Source: Asterionella formosa
Lineage: Eukaryota
Assembly: GCA_002256025.1 (NCBI GenBank)
Contig: NKIB01009642.1
Span: 62,001 to 98,267, forward strand
Reading direction: 5' to 3'
DNA: 36,267 bases
The notes under the pieces: generated by a model
Told to the model about the DNA's origin: nothing
Databases searched by the model: none
What the model saw: only the letters and a program-made list of their open reading frames with translations
Part shown: positions 9,046 to 18,574 of the stretch, piece by piece
Numbering within the stretch: position 1 is the first letter of the stretch
Layout of the letters: the number at the start of each line of letters is the position of its first letter
Made by a program: the position numbers and the translations under genes

Positions 9046-10973
9046 TCACATTGTTGCTTTTCTGATTGCGTCGGCTTTGGCATTCGCTGCTTGTTGCCGC
9101 ATATTATGCACATCATTCAACATGCGGTTGCCTATTAACTGATTGATAACCTCGCCAGTTTCACCACCAAGTTGAGTCGTGGTGGAATGTGCAAGACTGT
9201 TGAGAAACATCTCATTCCCAATGCCAGAAAGTAGTGAGGGCCTTAATGATTGGTGATCTTGGTGCTGCTGAAGAAGCAACAACAATGCCATATCTGCATT
9301 GTTCGTTGTGCTATCACCTGACAATGCTTGCCCAACAGGCGGCAATTGCGACCGCTGTCGCTGCCTCAAGGATGATGCAAGAAAATAATCAAGTATTGCC
9401 GTTTCGTGTTGCGGCTGTGCCGTTGCTCGATTTGCCAATGGGTGAATGTTGCTCCCCCTCTGTGTCCATGACGAGTTTAGCAGGCCTGTCCGTGCGAATG
9501 TTTGAGCTGCTAAGTTGTCCGTATGGTCGTTGGCAACACCATAACGCAGCCCAGCAGATTGTACACTTAAAGGAAATTGGTTGAGAGGAGAAGCGATCAG
9601 GTTTCTCTGATATGACGCCAACCTTTGCAGAAGAATCGACGCATCGCTGTTACTGCCGTGAAGAAGGGGTGCCGACGTTAGCGACGAAGGCAATGGATTC
9701 CTTCCAAGATAGGCAGCCAGTGACGGATCGTTCAATAATGCCTCTCTCTGCAACTGTGAGAATGCATCAGGACCAATTCCTGGTGCTCTGGCACTATTGA
9801 GACTATTGTGAGTAGCAAGAATGCTTTTGAAGTGCGAGTTGGAAGTGGGGGCTTGCGTTGCTAACCAGGCATCCCCGTTATTGAATTGCGAAAGGTGTTG
9901 TTGAGAAAGTATTTGGTTTTCACGGTGATAATTCGTCGTCCTTCTCGCGTCCTCGTCTTCTTTGGCAGATATGCGGTTCACTCTATTTGAAATGCCCCGA
10001 GGGGCCTTCCATATGAAACCTATATTGTCAAGGGCCGCCACCTTACTAGCGTCAAGTCTCGAAGATCTTCCCTCACGAAAGAGCTTCGCCTCTTGACGCT
10101 GGGTTGACACCCAATTTGCGAGCTTAATATTTCTCTACGATAATGACACGAGATGTTACAAATGCAGTGAGCAATGGTGACGACAATGATCAATACACAA
10201 GCAGCAGCAAGCAAATCTCATGTTGGTGAACAACGTACTTCGTACCCAATGGGAACCGAACAGTGCTGTTATTAAATAGAATAGGTAAATGAAGTTAGAA
10301 CGAAGACGCTTGCAAACAAGACAAGGCAAGCGTTTTCCAAACTTACCCCATACTGCTTTTTGAACTCCACCAGCTCTTGGAATCTTCTTGCCCATGGCAC
10401 GTGACGAGGATCTTTCGTTGCCCAAACGAAGCCAAGTGATTCCAACCTTTGTGCTCGATCTGGGGTCATGGGAGTAGACTCGTAGCTCCCTGTTGTCAAT
10501 ATTTTATATTGACGGCGCTGCGTCGACACCCATGCTCCCAGCGATGAATCGCCCTTGTAGCGGTTCGGAACTAAGCAGTCGCCATGCTTCAATTTGTACT
10601 TGATAAGACGGTCAAACATCTCGTCCCATTTAACCTGAAGTAAACCATAGGGTTTCCCATCGTCGTCTTTGAGAAATTGCTTTGCTCGGCGCTTCTTCTG
10701 GCGAGAAGCGGGAGGAGATGTGCTCTCCTCTGCTGATACAGTCGATGTATGTTCCTGAGCACCAGGATGGTTCGAGTTGGATACTGATGTGTCTGTTTCA
10801 AGCCCGTGCGAGGACTCTGGCGCACATTCATTGTGAGTGGATCTTGATGTTGATAAGCTCTGAGTGGCAACGGATTGATCGTCGCCAGATGAGGCTAACG
10901 AAGATGAAGAGTCCTCGTCGTCGCTCCTGGACTCATGGGATTCCACGCCAGGCAACGCAGCTGCATTGCTCAT
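9046..10973 (-). CDS. Protein with two tandem HA (helicase-associated, PF03457-type) domains and a long low-complexity C-terminus; 3 exons (10973-10347, 10265-10239, 10134-9046), about 580 aa
   Basis: HA1: KWDEMFDRLIKYKLKHGDCLVPNRY...LGAWVSTQRRQY...RAQRLESLGFVW. HA2: PWARRFQELVEFKKQYG|HCSVPIGYE|RNIKLANWVSTQRQE...KVAALDNIGFIW. HA2 is rebuilt in frame by GTAAGT..AACAG (81 nt) and GTACGT..CGTAG (104 nt) introns. Confidence 0.92.
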
Positions 10974-11245
10974 GGTTTTGACGTAAAGGTTCCGGCGTTT
11001 GACCGCTCGATGTTGTGAAGTCTCGCTACGGAAGAAAGTTGATAGCAAAGTCGATCGAAAGCATCAGCGGGGGCAATTAAAAAATAGCAAATACTGGAAA
11101 CGGTTGTCTCAAGAGCTCGAACTAACAAGGAAGGCGGTATGCATGTACCGGTACATGGACGAAAAGGGAGCGCGTGGACTGTGTGTGTTTTCGAACGACG
11201 ATTCGCGATTCCGTGTTATTGTTAACTATGGAGGTTCACCAGGGC

Positions 11246-11399
11246 GGTACCTGGTACCTGGTACCTGGTACATACCTCTTGTTACTCTGTCGTAGGGTAC
11301 CAGCTACCCTTGTACCAGGTACCAGGAACGCAACAATATGTAATATACAATACTTTACTATGGTGAAACCTGGATGGTACGACTACCTGGTACCGGTAG
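11246..11399. repeat. Cluster of GTACCTG/GTACCAG heptamer repeats upstream of the HA gene
   Basis: GGTACCTGGTACCTGGTACCTGGTAC (~11246-11271), GTACCAGGTACCAGG (~11312-11326) and TACCTGGTACCGGTA (~11384-11398). Confidence 0.75.
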
Positions 11400-12628
11400 T
11401 TTTATTGTAAATAGGTAGTCAACGGAGAGAAATTTTGCATCAGCAGTACATACACACAGCACATATATCATCGGCTCTTTGAACAAGGACGGCACTAATT
11501 ATCAGACGGACATAGACCGAATAGACGGATTTGTAAGGAGCGTTGAAGGTGTTCACATGATAACTGAGACAAATGTTCACTGTTTGAGAATCGTTTTACC
11601 TACTGGTACTCAGGAGTACCTGGCACTCCGTATGTCCCCGGTAAATTCGTGTTTTTTATAACGGTTTACAAAATGTTCCGGTCATTTATCAGCAAGTTGC
11701 GGTCATTTTGCTTAAATCAACAATTTAATCATGGATAAAGACAGCTAACTCTTTCGTTCACCGCAACTTGCCGTAGTCTATGCGATTTAAAAATCCGGTA
11801 TTATCGTGATCGAGCCTCGCTCGGTCGGATCATATAACTGCCCTTCCCTTGAAGAAGCAACATACCGTTATTTATATAATTATATTTTAATAAATTCAAA
11901 AATGTCAACGGCCTTTCGCTGCTTCGGAATATTTAATGGTCAATGTCAGAACCACAGAAACCTCGCAGGACCTCGCTGGAAATCTATCAGCGTTGATGAG
12001 GAAATTCGCAAGACCTCGCAGAAAAGACAGCAGAGAATTAAATGCGGTACCTGGTACCCAGTATGAAACAGTTACATGGGGAAGTAAGGGAAACTCCATT
12101 TTTCCTTGCTACTACTACGTTGAAAATTCCTTACGTGTATCGTGCACAGACCTCGGTTTTTATTTTCCAAATGTCAAGCGAAGTTCTAGTCGCGCGTTCT
12201 TTTCCGAGGTTCACGTACATCTTGAAAAGGATGCGCGTCTGTCGTTTTTTCGAAGCGAGTTGAAACTCTGTATAGGCATTAAATATCCAGGGGCAATATG
12301 AGCAATTAATGAAGCATCCAGTTTTTGCTACGGTGAAGCTTACAGTTGGCGCATATTGCCGACGATAATGGGACGCAACCACATCTATGTGATAACTGTT
12401 GACTGGGCAGCAAAGAAAATTTCTAAAATATCTATTGTGGCTAAGTCAAGCACAACAATCACAACTATGATCAAAACTTTCTTCACAGGTCCAATGATAA
12501 GGTGAAAGAATAACATTCGCACACGTCTGTAAATAAAAAACCCATTAGGCCTACGGTAACAGTTTTGCTGAAAGACCCACTGCCCCAAAAATTCTCAGTA
12601 TGGCATATTATTTTTTGATTAATCATAA

Positions 12629-12686
12629 AGAAAACTGATTGATCATACAGAAATACTGATTGATCATACAAAAAAACTGATTGATA
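12629..12686. repeat. 21-bp minisatellite (~2.7 copies) within a GATC-rich repetitive tract
   Basis: The unit AAAACTGATTGATCATACAGA repeats with a 21-bp period. TTCGATCTAAC-like motifs follow at ~12706, ~12797, ~12820 and ~12862. Confidence 0.75.
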
Positions 12687-13110
12687 TCAACTAAAGTTTT
12701 GGTGTTCGATCTAACGATAGTGATTGTGAGATCAAATCAGTTATTCATTTTGTCTAACCTTTGGAATGCTAACAATATCAAATAGAATTTTTAGCTTTCG
12801 ATCTAACATTCATTACTACTGATCTAACTTATTTCTCTCATTGAGCAAACCTATTATCATGTTCGATCAATGATGAACACAAATCGAATTAAATGGATTA
12901 CTATTTAATACTCAAATATTCTACTTCTGGTCACCCATAGGGCTGACACTGGGAAAAATAAGTTTTTTTAACACAGACTATCAATCCAGGAAGAAACACC
13001 ACACAGGCTCCCCAACTAACACTTGAGTACTCGTAAGGGGTTTAATAAATGAAGTTACAATATTATTTCTGATTGACACTATATGCACTGTGCGAATCTA
13101 GAAAGCCTCA

Positions 13111-14379
13111 TCATTTGTCCTCATCTGTAAGTGACAGTTCAACACTGGAGAATGCACAAAGTCTTTTAATGCCACGATTCTCTACTTCCATCATACATTC
13201 ACCAAGATCAAACTCAAACCTGACCTGGTTGTCTTTCTCAATGTAAGCTCGCCGCAGTTTTGTCTGCAATTTTTTCATATCTCGCTCATCTCTGATCAGC
13301 TGAACGCCGCCAATTCGTTCCTTAACGGCTCTACGGAGAGCTCCCTTCCACATGGAATTACTTAATTCATCATCCCATTCGTTTTGGAGAAACAAGTGAC
13401 ATTGTCCCAAGTGCTTCATTGCACCTAGTAGAATTTGGTTCGATTTTGGCTTTGGATCGGGATGAATGTACATGATTTCCAGTCCCTGTTGGTCCTCAAT
13501 AGTCGTTTTTATCAATTCCCAGTCCCAGACATGATGAGGTTCCATTTGCGATGGGGTTCGCCTTTGCTCTGTGGGCTCTTCTCGTCTAGGACATTGGGAA
13601 ACACGATCTTCCTGAACTTCTTGAGCTTTCCGCTTCTTACGCTCTAAATGGAATGCGACATTGCCACTTGTTCTGGAAACGACCTTGGATATATTGACAT
13701 CATGTTTGTTATCGTTGCCTTGTCTATTCTTAAGGATAGACTTGGGAACGATTTCGTACTCCACTTTTTTAGTTTTTTTGTTTCCTTCGTCCAAGTGAAG
13801 TCGCTGAGGAATTTCTTTCGCAGCATCTTCGATTAAAATCCAATCATAAGGCCACATGGTATCTCCCCTGTGACCAATCTCATCTAATTCTTTAACAGAT
13901 TTCATGATGTCACCTTCTTTCGCGACTCTTCTAAGCTTCGTTATTGAAAGAGCAGGATCGCGTTTCAGTGATGACTCCAAGAGTATTTCCTCATATGAAT
14001 TGGGCAATATTCGGTCTCCTTCGACCTGTTCAACATCAAACTCGCATTTGGAACTGTCCCTATTATCGGTCTGCAGAAAATATTCGTCTTCTTCCCAAAA
14101 CCCACCTTTCTCAGATATTTCCTCAACCCATCCCGCAATTTCGTTTTGATTCGCTAGCACCAGTTTCATTTTCCATAATTCAGCTAGTCGTCGACAACCA
14201 CGATCGCACAGCTCCAACTTTTCATTGGTGACCATCACATGGATCTCACATTCATTGCGATCCAAAACGCACAGGGACGTTCGCAACACCTGAATTGCTG
14301 TTTCCCGAAAGACCTTTCGAATCCATGATTGAACAATGTGACGAGCTGAATTGTTCGCTTCGTCTAGTAATTGGTCCAT
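13111..14379 (-). CDS. Hypothetical protein, 422 aa from first ATG, no recognised domain
   Basis: Uninterrupted 1.27-kb ORF (MDQLLDEANN...SSVELSLTDEDK) with normal CpG content, E/K/R-rich, lying between repeat-derived DNA. Confidence 0.65.
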   Translation of the reverse strand: MDQLLDEANNSARHIVQSWIRKVFRETAIQVLRTSLCVLDRNECEIHVMVTNEKLELCDRGCRRLAELWKMKLVLANQNEIAGWVEEISEKGGFWEEDEYFLQTDNRDSSKCEFDVEQVEGDRILPNSYEEILLESSLKRDPALSITKLRRVAKEGDIMKSVKELDEIGHRGDTMWPYDWILIEDAAKEIPQRLHLDEGNKKTKKVEYEIVPKSILKNRQGNDNKHDVNISKVVSRTSGNVAFHLERKKRKAQEVQEDRVSQCPRREEPTEQRRTPSQMEPHHVWDWELIKTTIEDQQGLEIMYIHPDPKPKSNQILLGAMKHLGQCHLFLQNEWDDELSNSMWKGALRRAVKERIGGVQLIRDERDMKKLQTKLRRAYIEKDNQVRFEFDLGECMMEVENRGIKRLCAFSSVELSLTDEDK

Positions 14380-14569
14380 TTTGAACTTCCATTCTTGCCT
14401 ACTTTGCGGTAAATCGAAAACGAAAATCAAGCAAAGGATTTGTACCGATTTTTATCGTGCTACAGTCAAATTTCTCTCTTTTTGTTATACAGGGCGCGCT
14501 GCGAAATTATAAAAATATTTTCTTCATGTGCATTACTATAACATCAATTACTGTACTCATAACCCCAAG

Positions 14570-14822
14570 ATTTGGTCAACACAAACACAATTTTTTTACA
14601 GTTAGAAATAACAGTGCAAAATATAGAAATATGTTTATCCATGTATGACTACAAATGATTTCCCGGAATATTTCATGACTTGCATGCTCATACCCGAAAT
14701 GGCTTGCTCTTGCCAAAATAGGTACCTGATGGTAATATGCATATACTATATATGTACACATCAATCAGCCTAATGTACTTCGTTTGTCATCCTCTGTTTT
14801 AGATCATTGTGATGATGTCATC
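14570..14822 (+). repeat. Dispersed repeat forming the 5' flank and start of the DUF6818-like ORF, copy 1
   Basis: ATTTGGTCAACACAAACACAATTTTTTT...ATGACTACA...ATGGCTTGCTCT..CAAAATAGGTA...TACACATCAATCA...TTGTGATGATGTCATC matches the reverse complement of 30445-30698. The first ~75 bp also match 16278-16350. Confidence 0.85.
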
Positions 14823-16073
14823 ATCCACTTCCAGGCAAAGGAGACCAGCCAGAGAGGATGTCCCTTCCTCCCCAAGGCTGCGAGAACATCGCCATCTAGA
14901 GCAGGAACAAGAGTTGCAATCCCAAGATGAGGAAGAGAAAGAAGATGATGCTGACAAAGATGCCAGTGATGATGACAGCAGGGCTGATGCCTCTGGTGGC
15001 TCTCTGATTGGTGTCCCTCAGCTTTCATCAAGGAACAATGGCAGTAATTCATCGCGTCACAGTGCAAGTGCAACCGTACAAAGAGTTACAAAAAGGACAA
15101 CTGTGGGTATCAATAGCAGGCAAGATCAACCACCAACATTTCCAAAGCAAGGCCTGCTGCAACCTAAGCAGTTTAGGTTGAATGAGGTCATGTCATTGTT
15201 GGACACTGTTCTGACACATCTTCCAATTAAATCACATGAATGGGAATGTGCATCATCTGAGCACAAATTTTCCAGAAAAGGATCGAACTGAAACGTCAAT
15301 TCACACAACTACATAAAGTGAAAATACCAACTGGTGAACCAACATGTCCTGCTGAGGTCCGATGATCATATCATGCTAAGCAAGTATTCCGAAAAATAGA
15401 GGAAAGAGCAGATGCTTGTGGTGAAGTTGATTCTATGGACCTTGAGATAGAAGATGGCAACAAGGTTATGATGACTTCATGGAACTTGAGGACACAGTCA
15501 AGACAATGCTGAAGCGGTTGAAACTTCGGATAGCTAGTATTACTCCTGCTCGTTCCGCTCCTGAAGCAACTGCTGCTGTTTCCGCTGGAGCAACTGTTGC
15601 AAGATCTGCCAGTGTAAGATTTCCTCGTCCTATGGTATCCCCTTGGCTCAGGGATAAACCTATGTCAAACAATCTTGACAAATATTGGCTCTAGTTTCAA
15701 CACAATTGCTTCAAAAAGCGGACAAGACAGAGTGATAATATCATTCCAATGCAGATACAAATTCAGCAACAAAAGCAACATCAAATTCAATAGCAACAGA
15801 ACATGATGAACATGATGATGATGTCAATCATGTCATCCATGTTGAACATGGGACATCACAAACAACCACCTCAATACCAATATCAAACCCATTCAGACAA
15901 TGATGAATTCAATGATAGCTTTGAATGTGGTATCAATGCAGCAATCATTGCAATCTCCAAGCACAACAACGCCGAGTACAAATGCACAACCATCTTCATC
16001 TGCATCCATAGAATTTCAAACCCCAAATGATAATGATGGTGACAACGAAAGCAGTAGTAGTGATGATGAATAA
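14809..16073 (+). pseudogene. Degenerate DUF6818-like (putative Myb/SANT-like DNA-binding) ORF, probably transposon-derived
   Basis: FRLNEVMSLLDTVLTHLPIKSHEWECASSEH continues across frameshifts as KRQFTQLHKVKIPTGEPTCPAEVR...HAKQVFRKIEERAD, fitting the DUF6818 LP.....W...H...TG.P.CP..V..AK motif. A Q/M-rich tail (MMNMMMMSIM) and an acidic end follow. Multiple stops and CpG depletion. Confidence 0.7.
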
Positions 16074-16277
16074 GTTAAATGAATATAGTAAATCTAAGTC
16101 TTTGAAACATTACTCTATGACTTACAACGCATATCTGTTAGCACTTCTACGCAAATAGGGCATGTAAACCGAAGCAATTTGATTCTGACAGACTTTAGAT
16201 CAGCAAAGAATATGGCACAAATCATTTTGGTATTTCGAAGCGCACCCACTGGTGAGCGCGCTACCAGGTTTACGAAA

Positions 16278-16350
16278 TTTGGTCAACACTAACACAAATT
16301 TTTTACTGTCATAAAAAACAGTGCATTTTATAAGAAGATGTATAGGCATG
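16278..16350 (+). repeat. Short direct copy of the 14570 repeat
   Basis: ATTTGGTCAACACTAACACAAATTTTTTACTGT.A.AAA.AACAGTGCA...ATGT.TA..CATG aligns with 14570-14643. Confidence 0.8.
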
Positions 16351-17387
16351 AAAAACAGCTTGGTTCTTGCACTCAGTGCCGGAACACACCAAGCAGGAGC
16401 TCAATGTCTTACTTTTCAATATCATCCTTCAAAAAAGATTGAGCAAGAGATCATTGCATATCGTGCAAAGCGATGACCGAAACAATCTCCCACAATCGAA
16501 GCGGAAAATCTGGAGTACTAAAGAAAGCTGGAGCAAAGCCCGGCGATTTGGCAACAATCTCTCCTTCGCCCTGCAGCAAGAAGTCAGAATTAGACAAGCT
16601 CAACGTTTGTGTATCGATATCGAAATCATTGGTTCACAGGCTGTTTCTTTGCTTCGTTGTCATAGTCATGATGTTTGATCTTTGGTATTTCTTTCCTTTG
16701 GATGATTCTTGTTTGCAATGATCCTCTTAAGAGTATTAATAAATTGTGAGACCATTTCGCTCCGAAATATTGTTTAGGTGCATTCCATTACCCATTTTAT
16801 TCAAAATGAACCCTTTGCAGTTGTTTTGACATGTCAATGCAGTCGAAGGGAAAAATCATGAAATGCATGAATTTTGATGGAAATATCTCACAAATCACTG
16901 CAGAATCACTCCTGTCTCTTCTCGTTCTATATGAATCGATTTCCAGAAAACGAGCAACCTGCACGCTATGTGCGCGCTGATTGCCGGACCTTCCAGGGTA
17001 TGAAATTAATTTATATAGCACATATTAGTAGAATTAAAGATTGTTTAGTAATCTTTTTTGACAAATGGGTTTGTCGTTATTTGCACTGCAGCTGTTTATA
17101 TTGTGTTCCCACTTTCCTACGTACTACCTGGTGATTCATCAGCATACCACTACATATACCGGTAGTCTAAGATATGCATACCACATATGGTGTGTCATTT
17201 ATTATATAAATATACAAAAAGTATACTTCTTGACATGATCTAGCAGGGCCATGTTGCAGCATACCTATGATAAAGTCATTCAATGGTGAACGTCAACAGT
17301 AGCATGTTGGAAGATACATATGTCCAATACGTATGCATGTGCCAGTACTTCAATAAATGGATTTATGACAGACAGCATACTGCTACC

Positions 17388-18329
17388 AGCAGTATGCTGA
17401 CCCAACAAGGAATGCAAAAAATTTATTGAGCACACATTAGTGCTAGAAGTTAATGCTGCAATAAATTTATAGAGCACACATTAGTAGAAGTAAACACTTG
17501 GTAACTGTATTTCTCTGTGTCTGGCGGCATATGCTTTCGGCGTGATTTGTTCAGAGCTTGTTTATATTTTGCTTTCTAGTTCTTTATCAGACCTTACCGC
17601 TCCTTTCCCTTGGACCCATCATAATTCTGCGAAGGGCTTCGCCGTCCTACAGAAGCAAGTGCTGCTGCATACAAATCGTCAACGCGTTGAAAAGTTGCAC
17701 ACCATAAGTTTGCTGTTGAAGGCATTTTCCGGCGGACCTTTGCTGCCCATAGTGGCGCTCCAGCGTTGTTGCAGACAGTCACATGTGCATCACGGGTACA
17801 AGCCCTCATTACCCACTTCTATTGGATACATGCTCTAATTGGTTTTGCCCTCCATCCCATCACATTCTACTCTGTACTGAGTATAAAGAGATGCTCACAA
17901 CGCCCACAAGAGCCTAACAAGGGGTTTTCTTCCTTTCTTCCTTCCTTACTTCGTTGTTCCTTTACTTCATCTCCCAACAGCCAAGGACTCCGCTTGTCTC
18001 GTCGGCTCAGCGCTCGCCTTCCCTCTTGGGAGAAGAGGGGGGATATTGAACACTCCCATCTTACTTCATCACACTAGCACAACTGAGTGGGAAGACAGCA
18101 GATAGGGGAGATTGACTGTATTAGCTACCTCATCACAATGGCACAACTGAGTGGAAAGAGAGCAGATAGGGGAGATTTGCTAGCAGTATGCTGACCCAAC
18201 AAGGAATGCAATAAATTTATAGAGCACACATTAGTAGAAGTAAGCACTTGGTAACTGTATTTCTCTGTGTCCACTGGAATGTGCTTTTTTCAGGATTTGT
18301 TCAGCGCCTGTTAATATTTTGCTTACCAG
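17388..18329. mobile_element. ~940-bp unit bounded by ~150-190-bp direct repeats (LTR- or pseudo-LTR-like remnant, unclassified)
   Basis: 17388-17579 and 18182-18329 share AGCAGTATGCTGACCCAACAAGGAATGCA...AGAGCACACATTAGTAGAAGTAA.CACTTGGTAACTGTATTTCTCTGTGTC. The left copy has an internal ~45-bp duplication. No TG...CA ends or TSD were seen. Confidence 0.5.
18062..18178. repeat. Tandem duplication, period 64 bp
   Basis: TAC.TCATCACA.T.GCACAACTGAGTGG.AAGA.AGCAGATAGGGGAGATT at 18062 and 18126. Confidence 0.85.
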
Positions 18330-18574
18330 GAGGTACCTGGTACTACCGGTTTGATCATATGAACAAATCTCCGGTTTCTCCCATACTCAGATATAGCTTT
18401 TGTCTATTCTTATTAGGCGATTTCTAGTAGTCTAGTACAAATTGCCGTACTTGTGTCCCGCGTGCACAATCGTGAGGATTAACGACAGTGAATTTGGAAT
18501 TCCTATGAATTTTGGTATAAATTTAATCTTATTATAATGAAGTCGACGTACATCAATATATTACAAAAATCAAG

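Noticed and set aside
12629..12686. CRISPR-like array (also considered for 18062-18178 and 35273-35365)
   Set aside because: These are simple tandem repeats of 2-3 units without a series of unique spacers, in a eukaryotic context with no cas genes.
14492..14520. GGGCGCGCT..GA.ATT..AAAAATATT shared with 29991-30018 as a transposon terminus
   Set aside because: Only ~28 bp, partly AT-rich, with no matching opposite end or TSD found.
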